Source of the DNA: Octopus vulgaris
Taxonomy: Eukaryota
Reading direction: 5' to 3'
Length of the DNA stretch: 64,000 nt
Assembly (NCBI GenBank): GCA_951406725.2
Contig: OX597822.1
Coordinates: 31,992,001-32,056,000, forward strand
This document shows positions 41,019-56,049 of this stretch, in pieces. Positions within the stretch are counted from its first letter, which is position 1; each line of letters starts with the position of its first letter. The position numbers and the translations under genes are program-made. The notes below the pieces were generated by a model, which worked only from the letters and a program-made list of their open reading frames with translations, was not told the DNA's origin and ran no database searches.

Positions 41019-41926
41019 TGGCCATAAATCACCTGCAAATGTATGAAACTCCCAATAGTTACTTAAGGGAGATTTTTGTGCGATAATTTGTGGATATATT
41101 AACGAGTCATAAAAATAAAATAGCAAAATATTTTTAACATAACGAAGGGAAAAGAGAAACGTTATGAATTACTACCAATATTTAGCCATAGATGAGTTTT
41201 AATCGAGTAAATCTATAGAAGACCTATAGAATATCTATAGAAAATTTATAGAACGTACTTCTGATATGACCAATTTGTGCTACTTTACTTCCGGGTACAC
41301 AATAGAATATGCCTTACCTTTATATTTAAATATGGCAGGATGTGATACGAGTTAGATTTAGCAATCATTTCTTGCAGCTCTACTGATCGGTTAGAGGCAA
41401 CTACATCAGTTGCAGCTTATTGGATTGACAATTCGTCGGTGCACGGAGAGATGTAACAACGATTTATGTTTTAGAAACTATACCGTACAAGTCTCATTGA
41501 TATAACACTCGACTATCGAAGACATGTCGGAGTAGCTGAAAATGTGTGTCACTTGTGGTATGAAAGCACGTAATAAGCACTCAAAATAGCGAAGCACATG
41601 AAAATGATGACTGATTATTTACATTACCTGAGATTAGTGAAGGTGTTTTTTAGTTCCAGATCTATCCAGAAAAAGCAAACCTCTGATAAAAAACATTTTA
41701 TACGTGCCATGTATGTTAGGGATGTTTAGAACACACACATGCATGCACACGCACACACACACACACACACACAAACACACATATATATATATACATACAA
41801 TTATATATAAAGACACATATATTTTTATATTTACATATATATATGTATATATACATGTATATAAATAAATGTATGTATGTATATATATATGTATATATTA
41901 TATATATACATATATATAGATGTGTG

Positions 41927-41960
<34 letters not shown>

Positions 41961-41964
41961 TGCA

Positions 41965-42052
<88 letters not shown>

Positions 42053-42260
42053 ACCTCGTGAGTACCGTTGGCGATTTTTTTCCTCTGTCTTCCCTTCTCG
42101 GGATCTTTCCTTCTCCTATGTTTCCGACGAAGAGCTCCGCTCGAAACGTTAAACCCTCCTTCTTCCCTTCTTTCCTGAGCGTCCAATAATACATTATTTG
42201 TTCCACGTTCTCGCGTTGTTGTGTTTTTTTGTTCTTTTTGTATTTTCTTGTTTGGATTAA

Positions 42261-42263
<3 letters not shown>
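42053..42263 (+). mobile_element. Short Penelope pLTR-like element between microsatellites
   Basis: Pyrimidine-rich ~210-bp insert containing a minimal HHR; ends in (TA)n. Confidence 0.7.
42120..42154 (+). ncRNA. Minimal type I hammerhead ribozyme (core variant CCGACGA)
   Basis: gttt-CCGACGA-a-gagc-tcc-gctc-GAAA-cg-TTA-aac. Confidence 0.65.
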
Positions 42264-42328
<65 letters not shown>

Positions 42329-42789
42329 CATATACCTAATACTCGTGCCTTTATGTAACCTTACACGATACGCGTACATAACTTAGTGCAATGGTCGGAA
42401 TCGTCTGTATTAGGATAAAAAACACATCGCAGTTAATATATGTATACATATCTTTATGGAATTAAGCTATTTGGGAAATGCATGATAACAATGTTTTCAT
42501 GTCTTAGAAGAAAACGTTTAAAAATACGAGATAAAAAGCTACTTCATTTCTCATTCGAAGGTGTCGAAAATTCCGTCGATTGAACGTAGTTGCAAAATTT
42601 CACAGCCAGAGAAAATAATACAATATTACATAACATGTAAATATGACAGTGCATAAATATTTCTTCATAATCCACAGCGGTGCTGCAGTAATTAATGTTG
42701 AGCTGTCAACCTTGTGGCTTTATGTTAATGAGTTATGTCAGTAACAGTCTTGCTTGCATTCAAGTGTGTATATGTATGTATGTATGTAT

Positions 42790-42833
<44 letters not shown>

Positions 42834-43546
42834 GCAGATAGAGATAGAGATAGAGATGGAGGCAGTTACTAACACATGCACACAATACAGACACACTGAC
42901 ACACGCATACATAATAAAATTACGAAAGCTGGTGATTACTCTTAACACGCTTATCTCTTCATTCAGTGTGCTGTGGATCGGAAAAGATTGCCAATCGCCT
43001 TCCAAGTAAGATAGTCATAATTAGACTGGCCTTTCCTTCTACATATATGTTGTGCATAGTGCAATATTGGCCTAATTATGATATATAGCATTTTACTATT
43101 GTCTTTGAGTAATGGTTCGTGATCTAATGATCAGGGCTTTCCATATCATGATTAAAAGTTCATGAGATTAGTTTCTGGGTCTGGCGGGACATTGTGTCTT
43201 TGAACTAATCACTTAATTGCAAATTGTTCTCGTCTGCTCAACTGTAATAAATAACGGCCCTGGCCTGATACTGCCATCTTTCCCATCATCAGTAACATCC
43301 CTGATGTTCCGTGGGATCAAGTGTTAGCAGTCAAAGAGGTTGTCTATTATGTCTGCTTGAGTCTTCATAGTCATCTAAAACAATCAGCAAAATTATAGTA
43401 GATGTCAACATGTCCTACGCGCTTGCGAGTAACGGCTGTCTATACTTTACGCTCTTTCTTTACATTAAGGATATGAATGATTCCACGTACATATTGCTGT
43501 TGTTGTTATTATTATTATTATTGTTCTTCTTCTTATTATTATTATT

Positions 43547-44030
43547 CAGTAGTTTTATTTTTATAGCGTGCTTTCACTTCACTACCGAGCACAGCTCTGC
43601 GTGCCTTGGGTATGTGCTGTGGTTTGTTGCGATGCTCTTATGGTTACTGTATTGAAAGCGTTTTGCGTAGGATGTGTGCAGTGCCCAGTAGTGCAATTTT
43701 CTGTATGTTATATATATTTGTAAGTCCTGGCGTTTTTGTCATGTATTTGTGTATTTGTCTGAATATTTTTTTAACACAACTAATGCGCCTACTATGATAG
43801 GAATTGTTTCTGTTTTTAGATTCCACATTCGAGTTACCTCTATTTCCAGGTCTTTGTATTTTGAAAGTTTCCCCATTTCTTTTAGAGAAACGTTGTCATC
43901 TGCTGGTATTGATACTTCAATTAGAAAGCATTTTTTTCTTCATGATATCTGACAACTATATCAGGCATATAGGCCTTAAATTCTTTATCTGTGCGTATTG
44001 GCATATCCTAGAGTAAGGTAACTTTCTTGT
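43547..44030 (-). mobile_element. 3' end of R4/Dong-like non-LTR retrotransposon (restriction-like endonuclease domain)
   Basis: VSIPADDNVSLKEMGKLSKYKDLEIEVTRMWNLKTETIPIIVGAL and IQKIALLGTAHILRK. Flanked by (TTA)n. Confidence 0.82.
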
Positions 44031-44075
44031 TTATTATTATTATTGTTGTTGTTGATTTTGTTGTTGCTATTATTA

Positions 44076-44185
<110 letters not shown>

Positions 44186-44209
44186 CATTATTATTATTAT
44201 CATTATTAA

Positions 44210-44362
44210 AGCGTTAATCTGAGTTCAAATTCCGAAGTCGACTTTGCGTTTCATCTTTTTCGGGTCAATAATTTAAGTACCAGTTGAGTACTGGGGTCGA
44301 TGTAATCGACTAACCCCTTCCCCGAAATTTCCGGCCTTGTACCTATACTAGAAAGGATTATT
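44210..44362 (+). mobile_element. Monomeric SINE of the 3476 family, truncated
   Basis: ctgagttcaaattccg..tttcatcttttcgggtc..ctggggtcgatgtaatcgact..agaaaggattatta. Confidence 0.75.
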
Positions 44363-44371
44363 ATTATTATT

Positions 44372-44873
44372 AGCTGTGATGGACAAGGCTGAACAGCAAG
44401 AGGACAGATACAATCCTCTTTGGTAGAGTTCTCACTGACGTTTTCAAGTTTCACTTGAAAAGGAAATTGAGAGTGTTGAGTGAAGTGCTCAACACTCGAG
44501 TGAGTTTATTGCAAGGTGGGTGAAATTTTCGAAAATGACAAACGTGGATGGTACCTGTCTGAATGTAGACCTGTGAGTCGAAGAGAAGGAATTGGAGAGG
44601 GCACTTGCCCATATGGTTTCAGGGTAATCTCGGACAGTGGGGTCCCTCAATTATCCCCAGAGGCGTTCCTGTATGAGGAGGGCGACATCTCTATCAGCCC
44701 CCCGCCCACATTATTTTACCTTTGTATGCCTTGCATATGTCTCTCTTCCAGTGTATACTGTGTATATTTCTTTATTTTTATCATTTCATTATTATATGTA
44801 AACCTCAACACTTTATGTCTGTCTCTGTATTATCCCTCCCTCCTTCGCCCTTGTGATAAATATATGAAATCAA
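44372..44873 (+). mobile_element. Probable L1/Tx1-like LINE 3' end
   Basis: WTRLNSKRTDTILFGRVLTDVFKFHLKRKLRV, then a frameshift, then SEFIARWVKFSKMTNVDGTCLNVDL*, followed by UTR-like sequence. Clade assignment is inference. Confidence 0.5.
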
Positions 44874-44889
44874 CATTATTTTTATTCGA

Positions 44890-45367
44890 TGTTTGACTTT
44901 TGCTTTACGTTTGTACAAGTTGGCTCCAAGTCTCAAGCAGAGACCTCAAGAGACAACAAGTTGGAAGTTCATGTTGGCGTTATGCCTAGTGTGCCATATA
45001 TTTGGTTTTGTACTTAGTGTCGTACTAGTGAATGTCTAAAAAACCATACGAAAATTGTTTGTTTTAAAACTTGAGATTACATAGGAAGTATTTTGCATAG
45101 GATATGAGCAGTTCCCATGAGAACTATCTTTTGCATTTCTGCCATTTTGGGGTTTCCTGGTATCTAAGTTAGGTAGCAATCAGCCCCTTTTGCTATCATT
45201 CCCAGGGCACTTATGAAAACAGGTATTGTTTTAGTTTTCAGGTTCCACATTTTCCTGATTTCTATTTCAAGATCTTTATATTTGCTCAGTTTTTGGTAGG
45301 TCTTGACAGATACGTTTATATCGATTGGGACAGTCATATCAATGTGGAGGCATGTTCTTTGTCTGAT
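44890..45367 (-). mobile_element. 3' end of a second R4/Dong-like element
   Basis: CLHIDMTVPIDINVSVKTYQKLSKYKDLEIEIRKMWNLKTKTIPVFISALG..MQKIVLMGTAHIL. Abuts (TTA)n. Confidence 0.85.
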
Positions 45368-45370
45368 TAA

Positions 45371-45431
<61 letters not shown>

Positions 45432-45433
<2 letters not shown>

Positions 45434-45895
45434 CAACGAGCTGGCAGAATCGTTAGCATACCGGCCAAAATGCTTAACATTATATCGTCAATCTTTATGA
45501 TTTGAGTTCAAATTCCACCGACGTCGACTATGCATTTCATCTTTTCGGGGTCGAAAAATCAAATACCAGTTGCGCGCTGGGGTCGATTTAATCGACTGGC
45601 TCCATCACTTCAAACAATTTCAGGCATTGTGCCTCTTGTAGGCATTATTATTAATATTATTATTATCATTAGTGATAATAAAAAGGCGGCGAAGTGGCAG
45701 AATCGTTAGCGCACTAGGCAAAATGCGGTATTTCTCTGCCGCTACGTTCTGAGTTCAAGTTCCACCAAGGTCGACAGTACCTTTCATTCTTTTGAGGTCG
45801 ATAAATTACGTACTAGTGAAATACTGGGATTGATATAATCGACTAGTCACCACCCAGCAAATTTGAGGCCTTGTTTCTCCAGTAGAAAGGATTAT
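45432..45895 (+). mobile_element. Two monomeric SINEs of the 3476 family
   Basis: Heads (c/a)gagctggcagaatcgttagc-like at ~45432 and ~45683. Confidence 0.8.
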
Positions 45896-48269
45896 TGTTA
45901 TTAATATTATTAACATGTATCACTAAATATATTCGCAATTCATTTTCGTAATACGTGTAAGTAGGTGGAAATTGTTAAGCGCTTTTACAAAACCAGTTCG
46001 TTAGAGAGTAGTTTTCTTCGGACCTATTGGAGGAAACTTAATAAAAAACATTTTGAATACTAAACACCCGTAGTAGGTATTTGATGTCGTAAAAACAAGA
46101 CATTTTGGGGCGATCTACTATTCTATAGGAGTAAAAAAACAAAATTGAAGATATTGTTTAACTACTAGGAAGGCCCAAAATATTATTTTAAATCAACACA
46201 AACCTATTTACTGTGTTCTTGATAATGTAATATTTTCATTAGATGTTCCAGTATTTTAATTGTTTTTGAAAGCCATACAGAATGTTATCAATATATGCAA
46301 AGAGCACATGATCAATAACAATGTTTTCATTCTGCGTTGTTCTTTGAAAATTCAATAATTCTCTTTAAAATCAAATAAAGTTTATGTGGGCTTTCACTTT
46401 CTTCCATTAGACCTTTGATATATTTTTTTCAATAAGAGAGTACGCCTGGCAGTAAAATTCTGTAAATTATATAAGTGAACGGTGTCAATACGTTACATAT
46501 TTTTTAAAACCAGCTGTATTTTCGTTTAGCTCTCATCAAAAGATATATTATGATATTCTTTGAATGTAGAAAAACACATGATGTTGTTTTAGATAAATAG
46601 CATTTTGTAAGTAGTGGGTCTATTTCAGGAAGATCAAAAAGAGAAATGATATTTTAAATTTTAAAAATATATCAAAATTATTAAATAAATTCGTACCGAA
46701 TGCATTTATTTAAAGAAGCTACATATATAGTACCATAATTCAACATTCCATATGGTGACTAAATGCCACTATCTAGGAAATCCTAGTAAGAATTAGATAC
46801 CATTATATCGGGTGTAGACTCACGTTTCAGTGACAAAGAGAAAGAGGGAAGGAGAGGGTGAGGGAAAAAGAGAGGGAGAGAGAGGGAGAGAGAGGGAGAG
46901 AAACAGACATATACAGACAGAGAGAAAGAGAGACAGATAGATAGACAGACAGACAGACAGAGGAATGGTGAACAGGATGTAAACCGCAGACAGATAATTC
47001 CCTTTCCTGAAGTCTGTGATACGGTTCTCTTTCTTAGCTGAATTCAGTTAAATTCCATTACCGAAGAACGTGGAAAAAAGATGTATGAAGATTATACTGC
47101 TTTGCTGACGAGATCCTATTAAACCAAAATATGTCCATTGCTTTCACCAGTTTACTTTGAGGACAAGATGAACTCATTTATGAATCGCTTTATTATTTTA
47201 AAGAATTTGTTTTGCTTGTATTACAGCGCATATATCCCTAACATGTTGCTTTCAGATTTGAAAACGCTAACTGCATATGGAAATTTTTGCGTATGAATTC
47301 CATGTCTAACGTTAAGGAATCAAAGTCTTTCTACTCAATACTAGTACATATGGGAAAGAACAAGAGAGAGAAAGAGGGAAAGAGAGAAAAGGAGAGAGAC
47401 ACACCATATGTCATTTTCGTATTAGCATGCAGAGCATAATAATGTAGTATTCCTGACCTTTCCATAATTGATCTTATCATATAGAGAGATGAAAAAAGTG
47501 TGATATACATCATTCTGCTTATAAAGGGAAAACATGACGTTATAAATACACTTCATATAATTACTCATTGTTCTTTACAATATAAACTCGTTATTCAATC
47601 AATCTACAATCGTAATCATATGTACACATTCCAGGCAGTACGTTTTGTCCTTGCTGCCATTTGCATTTTCAAACCACTTCCTTTGACTTCAAAGTAAACA
47701 ATTATCCAGAAACGTACACAATTATTTCAGTAAAAAAATATACATATACCCGAGAATAATTGATGAATTCGATTCGGTCGTAGATGTACGTTGCATCGAG
47801 TTCTTTTTTCATTTTAATTTCTTTTCCTTTGTATATTCCCGTATTTATTCAGTGAAGACTTCATTCTTAAAACAATGCTGGATTCTTACTTCAGGATTCT
47901 AATGTTTACATTACATTACTTTTGTATTTTGTATAATTTCTTTTGTCGTTAAAACAAAACCCAAGTACAATTCTGTAATTTGAATATTGGTTTCTTGCAA
48001 TGCCTATTGTGTATTTTCTGTTCTTCGTTCATCCTTTTTGTTTTTTCCTATTACTGTTTTTTTCTGAAGTATGCGGTAGCAATGGGGTGCTTTTACTTAC
48101 ATGTTTGTATACATTTTCCCCTCAGAGCACAAGGAGAACATAAACTCATTTTATACAAATTAATTTCGAATCCGATATAGAATTCGACAAGCCGCTCAAA
48201 CGTAGTAAAAATCTCTAAAACAATAGATCTTTTCATGGAAGAAAAATGCAAAAAAAGTAATACAATCTC

Positions 48270-48395
<126 letters not shown>

Positions 48396-49292
48396 CATAT
48401 GTATACATCTGTATACATACAAGTAATTATCTATATGTCTGCATTTTACATCTAAGGTACCATAGAATAAAAAAGAACCCCATTATATATATACTTGTAT
48501 ATATATACATGTATATATACATGTGTATTTATATGTACATGTATATATACATACAGAGAGAGAGAGAGAGAGAGACATGTGTATATATGTGTATATGTAT
48601 GCATGTATGTGCATATATGTATAATATTTTTTTTAGCTACAGCAAAGTTTATTGAGATAGAGAATAAAACCATCAAGAATGAAAGGTAAAAAGACAACGT
48701 ATGAAAAAAATGTAAAATAACAACAATAACAAACGACAAAAACTATAAAAGCATTTCTATCCAAGAAGGATGTAGAAAATAGAATCGATGGCGCGCTGAA
48801 CAAGATGCGTTGTGATATTCACTACAGACACTCTACAGAATGTATTCAGATATTATTAGGGTCTAAACAGCAGCAAAAAATCAACAATACCATATATGCA
48901 AATTTTAAAACTCAATCAATATTTGTTTCCGTTAATCGATTTGTGAGCTTACTTATGTATTGATTTCAAATTTGACACAAGGCCAGCTATTTTGGGTCCC
49001 AGTGCTCAGCTGCTACTCATTCTATCGACCCCGGACGGTTGAGCGTCAAAATGATCCTCGGCTAGCTAGGGAAACATATGTAGCCTGGACATAATCTGCT
49101 CCACTCCCACGATATAGGTTTTTATTCGCATTCATAGTGACTTGAGTTGCTAACATCGCTAATTGCTTATTATTGTTCTTGAATGTTGTTTTTTTTATAC
49201 CCACCACTGACTGATCGAAGCTTACAAACGTCCTACACTCAGATCCTTGGACCTTATAATTACATATCGATTCATAAATTCTTTTTTACTGA

Positions 49293-49658
49293 TTTTACTT
49301 GTTTCAGTCATTTGACTGTGGCCATGCTGAAACACCACCTTTAGTCGAGCGAATCACCCCAGCACTTATTCTTTGTAAGCCTAGTACTTATTCTATCGGT
49401 CTCTTTTGCCGAACCGCTAGATTACGGGGACGTAAACACACCAGCATCAGTTGTCAAGCGATGTTGAGGGGACAAATACAGACACAGAAACATATACACA
49501 CATACGTATATACATACATATACGACGGGTTTCTCTCAGTTTCCGTCTACCAAATCCCCACTCACAAGACTTTGGTCGGCCCGAGGCTGTAGTAGATGAC
49601 ACTTGCCCAAGGTGCCACGCAGTGGAACTCAACCTTACCACACAGCCACTCCTACGCT
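49293..49658 (-). mobile_element. CORE-type tRNA SINE
   Basis: Family match with a small deletion in the head. Confidence 0.85.
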
Positions 49659-50064
49659 TATATATATAATTAGAAAATGAGATGACAAAGGCATAAAGGA
49701 TCATCTTATGTCCTTCAGTACCTTAAACTGTTTCTATCATAATATGTATTGGACTCATAGATGAATATCTGAATAACACCTCATAGCTTCATTGAAGCCT
49801 CGAAATAGATAGCATTCCTTATTCGAGGTTCTGATACAGCTATAAATGAATCCGCCGCATCTTACAGCAGAATCAGGTGTAAGCAAATGAATTTTATAAG
49901 ATACCCATTTATTCGTTTGTCCTCTAATTTTTTGTTGCTGTTCTCATCTAATACGTCGTTCTGAAGCAAACGTATTTTGATTTTTACACCAGGTTACTAG
50001 TCTCAAAATGCTCAAGCGAAATATATTTATATATATTTGAACTCTCCAGTCATCTCACCATGTT

Positions 50065-50268
50065 GGACCGACGAATTCCGCACATTTTTTCTCTCTGTTC
50101 TTTTTTTCTTTCGTCCTCTTTCTATTTTCCCCTCTTAATCCTTTTTGTCGAAGAGCGTAGGCTCGACACGTAAAAGACTTTCGTGTTTCCCGTTCATTAA
50201 ACTGATACACCCGCCTATTGTTCCCTCACCTGTCTTCGTCTTTTGTCTTCTGTAAATTTGAACTATAT
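50065..50268 (+). mobile_element. Short pLTR-like element with a degenerate HHR at 50140-50177
   Basis: cttt-TTGTCGA-a-gagc-gtag-gctc-GACA-cg-TA-aaag. Same architecture as 42053-42263; ends near (TA)n. Confidence 0.55.
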
Positions 50269-50275
50269 ACGTATG

Positions 50276-50339
<64 letters not shown>

Positions 50340-50519
50340 CATACATAAGAAGTTTGAAAACGCCACTATATAAGATAAATTTTAATTTTTAATTTTCTTA
50401 GGAATTTTACATGTTACGGTTCTTCTAGAAAAAACGAACCTTATCAAAAATATTTTAAAAAGTTAAGTGTAATGAAAAAGTTCATAATTGTTTCTTACTG
50501 GTCTCAACAGAATCCACGT

Positions 50520-50600
<81 letters not shown>

Positions 50601-51238
50601 CGTATTTATATATATTCACATATGCGTGTGTGTGCATGTTTGTATGTGTTAATATATGCAGACGAATGGATCATTTGGTACTCCTACATTTGATTTATGA
50701 TGAGTCTTTACTGTGACGTAAGCATGTTATATTTATAAATGCAGTAAGCACAGCATCAATATGATTACGTAATACGTTTCGCAACTTTTAACTCATCAGG
50801 CGTACTAAATGTACAAGTGAGGAGTGACATGTTAATTAATCAACTAATAATCAATAAGTGAAATTTATAATCAAGAGTACTAATATTTAAGCAATTTTAT
50901 ATCGATGAAACTGCAAACTCTTCATCACGTGGGTTGATAGCAGAATAAGTTTGTAAATCAAAGAACAGCTAAAAATCATTCGTATTCTAAAGATGTGATT
51001 AAACTGAGCAACCTAGCTCATAATTACATAAACATCTTCATAAATTTAGGAGATAGAAAAAGCGAAAACAACATTGCTGTCCGCGTGGGTCTGGAAGTTA
51101 AAGGACCAAAATATTCATTTTCATGTAGTGTAGAGCGTAGCCAGGCAGCTAAGCCTTATGTTATTCATAGATGTGGTTGAAATCTCTGCTGACTGGTATT
51201 GTTGAAAATCTGAATATACACGGGCAATGTTATTAATA

Positions 51239-51798
51239 TTGGGTTGTCCGGATAGTTTGTGCCGATTTTTAAAGAGAAGAAAAAGGTCAATAAATACTTG
51301 CCTTTACATTTTTAATCAACCAAATATGAACCATTTTTTGCACAATACGTCTCCATCTTTCTTTTAACTTCAAAATACCCTCTTCCCAGAATTGAGGTGG
51401 TTTCATGGCAATGAATTCATCAAGGTATCTTTTTACATCATCCAAGGAATTGAAATTTTTACCATTAAGACTATTCTGCAGGGACCTTAATAAGTGGAAA
51501 TCCGAAGGAGTAATATCTTGTGAATATGGATTGTGGGTAACACATTCCATCCAAGCTGCAGCAATTTTTGTCTGGTTCCCAAAGCAACAAGTGCCAAAAA
51601 GGAACTTCTTATCTTCCATTTTAAAGGGTTACAGAATTAACACAGGTTATAGGGACATAAACCTTCCACAAAAAGATAGCTTAAAATCTGCTCTAAATGG
51701 AGGTGTAGTCAAATCCTATTTTATGGACTCAAACATGTTCTAAAATAAGTTGAAATGTAAGCTACTATAAATTTGCACGAACTGTCCGGGCAACCCAA
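51239..51798 (-). mobile_element. Internally deleted mariner
   Basis: TIRs ttgggttg(t/c)ccgga(t/c)agtt(t/c)gtgc with TA TSD. Relic PYSQDITPSDFHLLRSLQNSLNGKNF..ERWRRIV. Confidence 0.9.
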
Positions 51799-53554
51799 TA
51801 GATCAGATGAATACAGGTATTCTATCAATAGAACTTTCGTATAATGTAAACTCATTTTATAAAGGCTTCCCAGAGGTCTCGTTACATATCTACAATCTTA
51901 GAATATAGAAGTTTATTACCAGTAATAAAATTTATAGATTACATTTTGGTAACCTTGCGTATGATGATACTGTTAATACATATACCTTATCATACTTAAG
52001 CAATTTTGGTCCACCTTTAATTCTAATGACAGACATACCGATGACTTATTTTATGCAACTTATATATTATGGAATTCATTTTAATATCTTTATATCATTT
52101 GTCGTGGTGATATCTTTATAACACTTGCTTCGTCGTCCCTAGTTATAGAGACTCTCTAATACTTTAAAATCGTTATGTTCCTATGAATTCTTTTAACATT
52201 TATTACCACCTTTATACTTCTGTATAATTCTCACAGATTCTCGTAACATTTTCTTAATATTCTCTGTAGTTTTAAATTAATATAGTAGTGATTTAATATA
52301 TCCCCTCAAGCTTTATTAAGTAACATATATTTATAGATTTAGACCTTTATGGTAGCACAGATTGTTGCCTACATTTCATTAGTTTAGTATACATGTTTAC
52401 TTGGTTCTGCCAAAGCTGTCTTCCTGTCACAGACCTTCCTCTTCCTCTCCTTTTCTCTTCCTCTCCAATGAAATTTCTCGGAGAACTTCCTTATTGTCTG
52501 AGGTTACTCTTAAAATTTTCTTTCTGAATTATAAATAGTATTAAGTAATGCTAATATTCTATTAGCTCTGCAATAATTAATCGGCATACTTTAATCAAGA
52601 TGAAATTTTAAAAAATCACGAAATTTGTGATCCATGTCATTCCTTAATGTACTAAAAAATATGGCACAGTAAATGACATTTTGAGAGCCACATAGGCAAC
52701 TGTCTTAAAATTATTTATGATAGGATCGTGTGTTGTTTGCTGCCTGCTATCCGCTGTCAGAGAAACATGTTTTGCCCTAACCAGCTCTCAGGAGCGAGGT
52801 TGCTAAGTTTAATGATATCTTTAAAATAAAAATAAATTTCAACTATTATGTAACTTGCAACCATCAATTACTATCCATGCTCGTTAAAATCATGAAGGTA
52901 GCAACAGGAAGTATTATTTCACTAGTAATATTAAGATAGTAATTCAAATTATAAATAGAAGTACGTAATATTTAAGTATTACGTTTAGCATTTCCTTCAG
53001 GTATTCTGAATATTACTCAAGACATTTCGGATTTTGACTTCACATCAGTAAATGAAATGAAAAATACATTTCAGAGAAGTTCTTTAATGTCAAGCACTGC
53101 ACTGGTAATTCTAATTTTGATAAAGTAAACGTATTCCTGGCATATCGGTATGGATTGCTACATGTACATCTACCTTCAGATAACGCAGACAGACACAACG
53201 AACTGGAAGTATGGAATCAATACCGGAACAAGTGTGAATACTATGATTCGTTTACTCGAAATTAAAATATCTAAATGTAGAAGTTTCCACTAACAAAATT
53301 ACATCTGTTTCTTCAGTCAGATATTTTGGTTAGAAATAAAAAAAAAACATTTAAATCAAAATGGCTGGCTATCAAAATGGACTCAGATTTATTGAAACTC
53401 CAAGTTTAAGCCACTTTGGTTCCGTTGGCAAAACTATACCTATACGCGTACATACATACATACATACAAGCAGACATATTGTATGTATAGATTAATATGT
53501 GTGTGATTCTGTGAGTGTGTGTATATAAACATATATATATATATATATATACAT

Positions 53555-53646
<92 letters not shown>

Positions 53647-53647
53647 T

Positions 53648-54624
53648 TACTCTGATCGTTATGATAAGAAAATAACTCCTAAATTTGCTGGTGAGATCAA
53701 GGCCATGATTGACAATTATCCCTCCAAGTCAATCAGGCCTCTTGCCAGGAACCTGGGAGTGTCTGAATTTCTTATCAGGCACGTACTGCATGAAGGCATT
53801 TGGTATTCCTCATACAAAATTAGAAAGGGCAATTTTTTATCCCAAGCGATCAAGGGAAAGAAGAAAGACTGCGCTACGAAACTTTTGAACAAACTGAAGC
53901 ATCTCCTCCAACCGAACCTGCTTAGTTTTTTCTCAGACGAGAAAAAATTTGCTAGGATCAGGTGGTGAACACACAGAACAACCGTTGTCTTGCCGTGTCC
54001 CCAAAATGTATATCAACAGTGATAAAAATCAAACATCCACTCAATATTATGGGGTTTGGAGTGATCACTTGTGATGGCAACGTTATGCTTCCATTCATCA
54101 ACCCACCCGTTCTCAAACTCAATACGGAGGCCTACATCATGTGCTTGGAGGGAGTAGTGCTGCCCTAGTTCAAGAGGGTGGTTGCTGGAACGCTCTATTT
54201 TTGGAACCAGGACTCTGCACCATGCCACAAAATCAGGAAAACCCAGTCATTGCTGTCAGTCAATTTATGCGACCATATCACCATTAACATCTGGCCACCT
54301 AACGCATCAGACTGCAATCCCTTTGATTATCATGTGTGAGTCGCAGTTGCGCAAGAGACCAACAACACTCCTTGTAACACCAAAGATGAACTGAAGACAA
54401 GGATTATAACAGTATTCACCAACTTGAACAATGGGGCCATCCAAAGAGTTGCAGGAGAATCCTAAGTTGTCTGAAGGCCATGATTGAAGGAAATGGCGGT
54501 TTTATTGAATAAATTTACTCTTTAGTATTTCAAGGTATTTTGATAAATATATCTGTTAAAATGAGGTGCCAGAGTTATTTTCATTTTTGCGTAATTAAGC
54601 TGACAATATATTCACCGCACCTTG
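53648..54624 (+). mobile_element. 5'-truncated DD37D (maT-like) element
   Basis: FFSDEKKF; QDSAPCH..WPPNASDCNPFD with 37 aa between the Asp residues; right TIR gacaatatattcaccgcaccttg|ta. Confidence 0.88.
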
Positions 54625-54657
54625 TATATAAACATACACACACACACACACATGCCC

Positions 54658-54695
<38 letters not shown>

Positions 54696-55661
54696 ATACA
54701 TACATTCATAGTTTTTGTGTTTATATGCATGCACACGCATATATAATTTGTCATGTGTGTAACATGTAAATTTGCGTATATATGTTCTTCTACGTTTATA
54801 TATTATCTATTTTCTCTATATATGTACATATTCATAGATGAGTGTGTGGTCGCAATTGTTCCAGTCAACGGAGCTATCGGTTTTATGACTGAAAATCTGA
54901 CAGTTCTTAAATTATCATAGGTGTTTCACTGTTTACATGTCAAAGATATACAGCTCTCAATGGATCATTTAACATAATTGTAAACGCACTTCATCTGTTC
55001 TACGATTTCATATAATTATACAGCATCGATGCAATATGGCGTTAAGATTAAACTGTGAGTAAGGAGGCAGAGTATATTATACGCTGTATTACTTTGGCTG
55101 CTGAGATTGCGTCATTAATTTGTGTCAATAACTAATACATAAATAACCATAATTATAAGAGCTAGAGTTGTAGTACTAGCGGAATTAGTCCATCGCCTAA
55201 TTTAACACTAGCAACCGGCCATTTGATGCCTTTAGCTCATTACTATCTTTCAGAGAAATCAGGTTAGATCTCCGATTTGTTTATAATTTCCTCCAACACC
55301 TGTCTCGGGAGCAAGGAAGAGCGGTATAAACTTGGTTCCTTTTTATTTTGCTAACTTATCAAAGATGAATATCGAACAGGCTGCAAGAATGATCTATATT
55401 TAGATACATGTTTTTTGTGGATCAGTCCATATCAACTGCAACAATATACAACTCCAATATACACTGTAATATATCATCTGCAATATACACGTAGAGAGAT
55501 GTTTAGTTTGTAGCCACATCTATAAAATACGTTCAACACATTACTTTGTACTTGTGCAACAACCGACATTCTAAACTCGGTAAAGTTACCGATTGTACAT
55601 CCTCCGTTTATAAACACTTCAAATATTGAAGTATTTCGAGTACATATTCCTCACATTCGTC

Positions 55662-56049
55662 AGCAGGAGTGGCTGTGTGGTAAGTAGCTTGCTTACCAAC
55701 AACATAGTTCCGGGTTCACTCCCACTGCTTGGCTCCTTTGGCAAGTGTCTTCAACTATAGCCTTGAGCTGACCAAAGCTATGTGAGTGGATTTAGTAGAC
55801 GGAAACTGAAAGAAGCCCGTCGTATATTTATATGTGTATATATGTGTATGTGTTTTTGTACCCCGAACATCGCTTGACAACCGATGCTGCTGTGTTTACG
55901 TCTCCGTAACTTAGCGGTTCGTCAAAAGAAACCGATAGAATAAGTACTAGGCTTACAAAGAATAAGTACTGGGGTCGATTTGCTCGACTAAAGGCGGTGC
56001 TCCAGCTTGGCCGCAGTCAAATGACTGAAACAAGTAAAAGAGTAAAAGA
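55662..56049 (+). mobile_element. CORE-type tRNA SINE, full length
   Basis: A box tggctgtgtgg, B box ggttcactccc, ttggcaagtgtcttc, tail ..gactgaaacaagtaaaagagtaaaaga. Confidence 0.9.
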
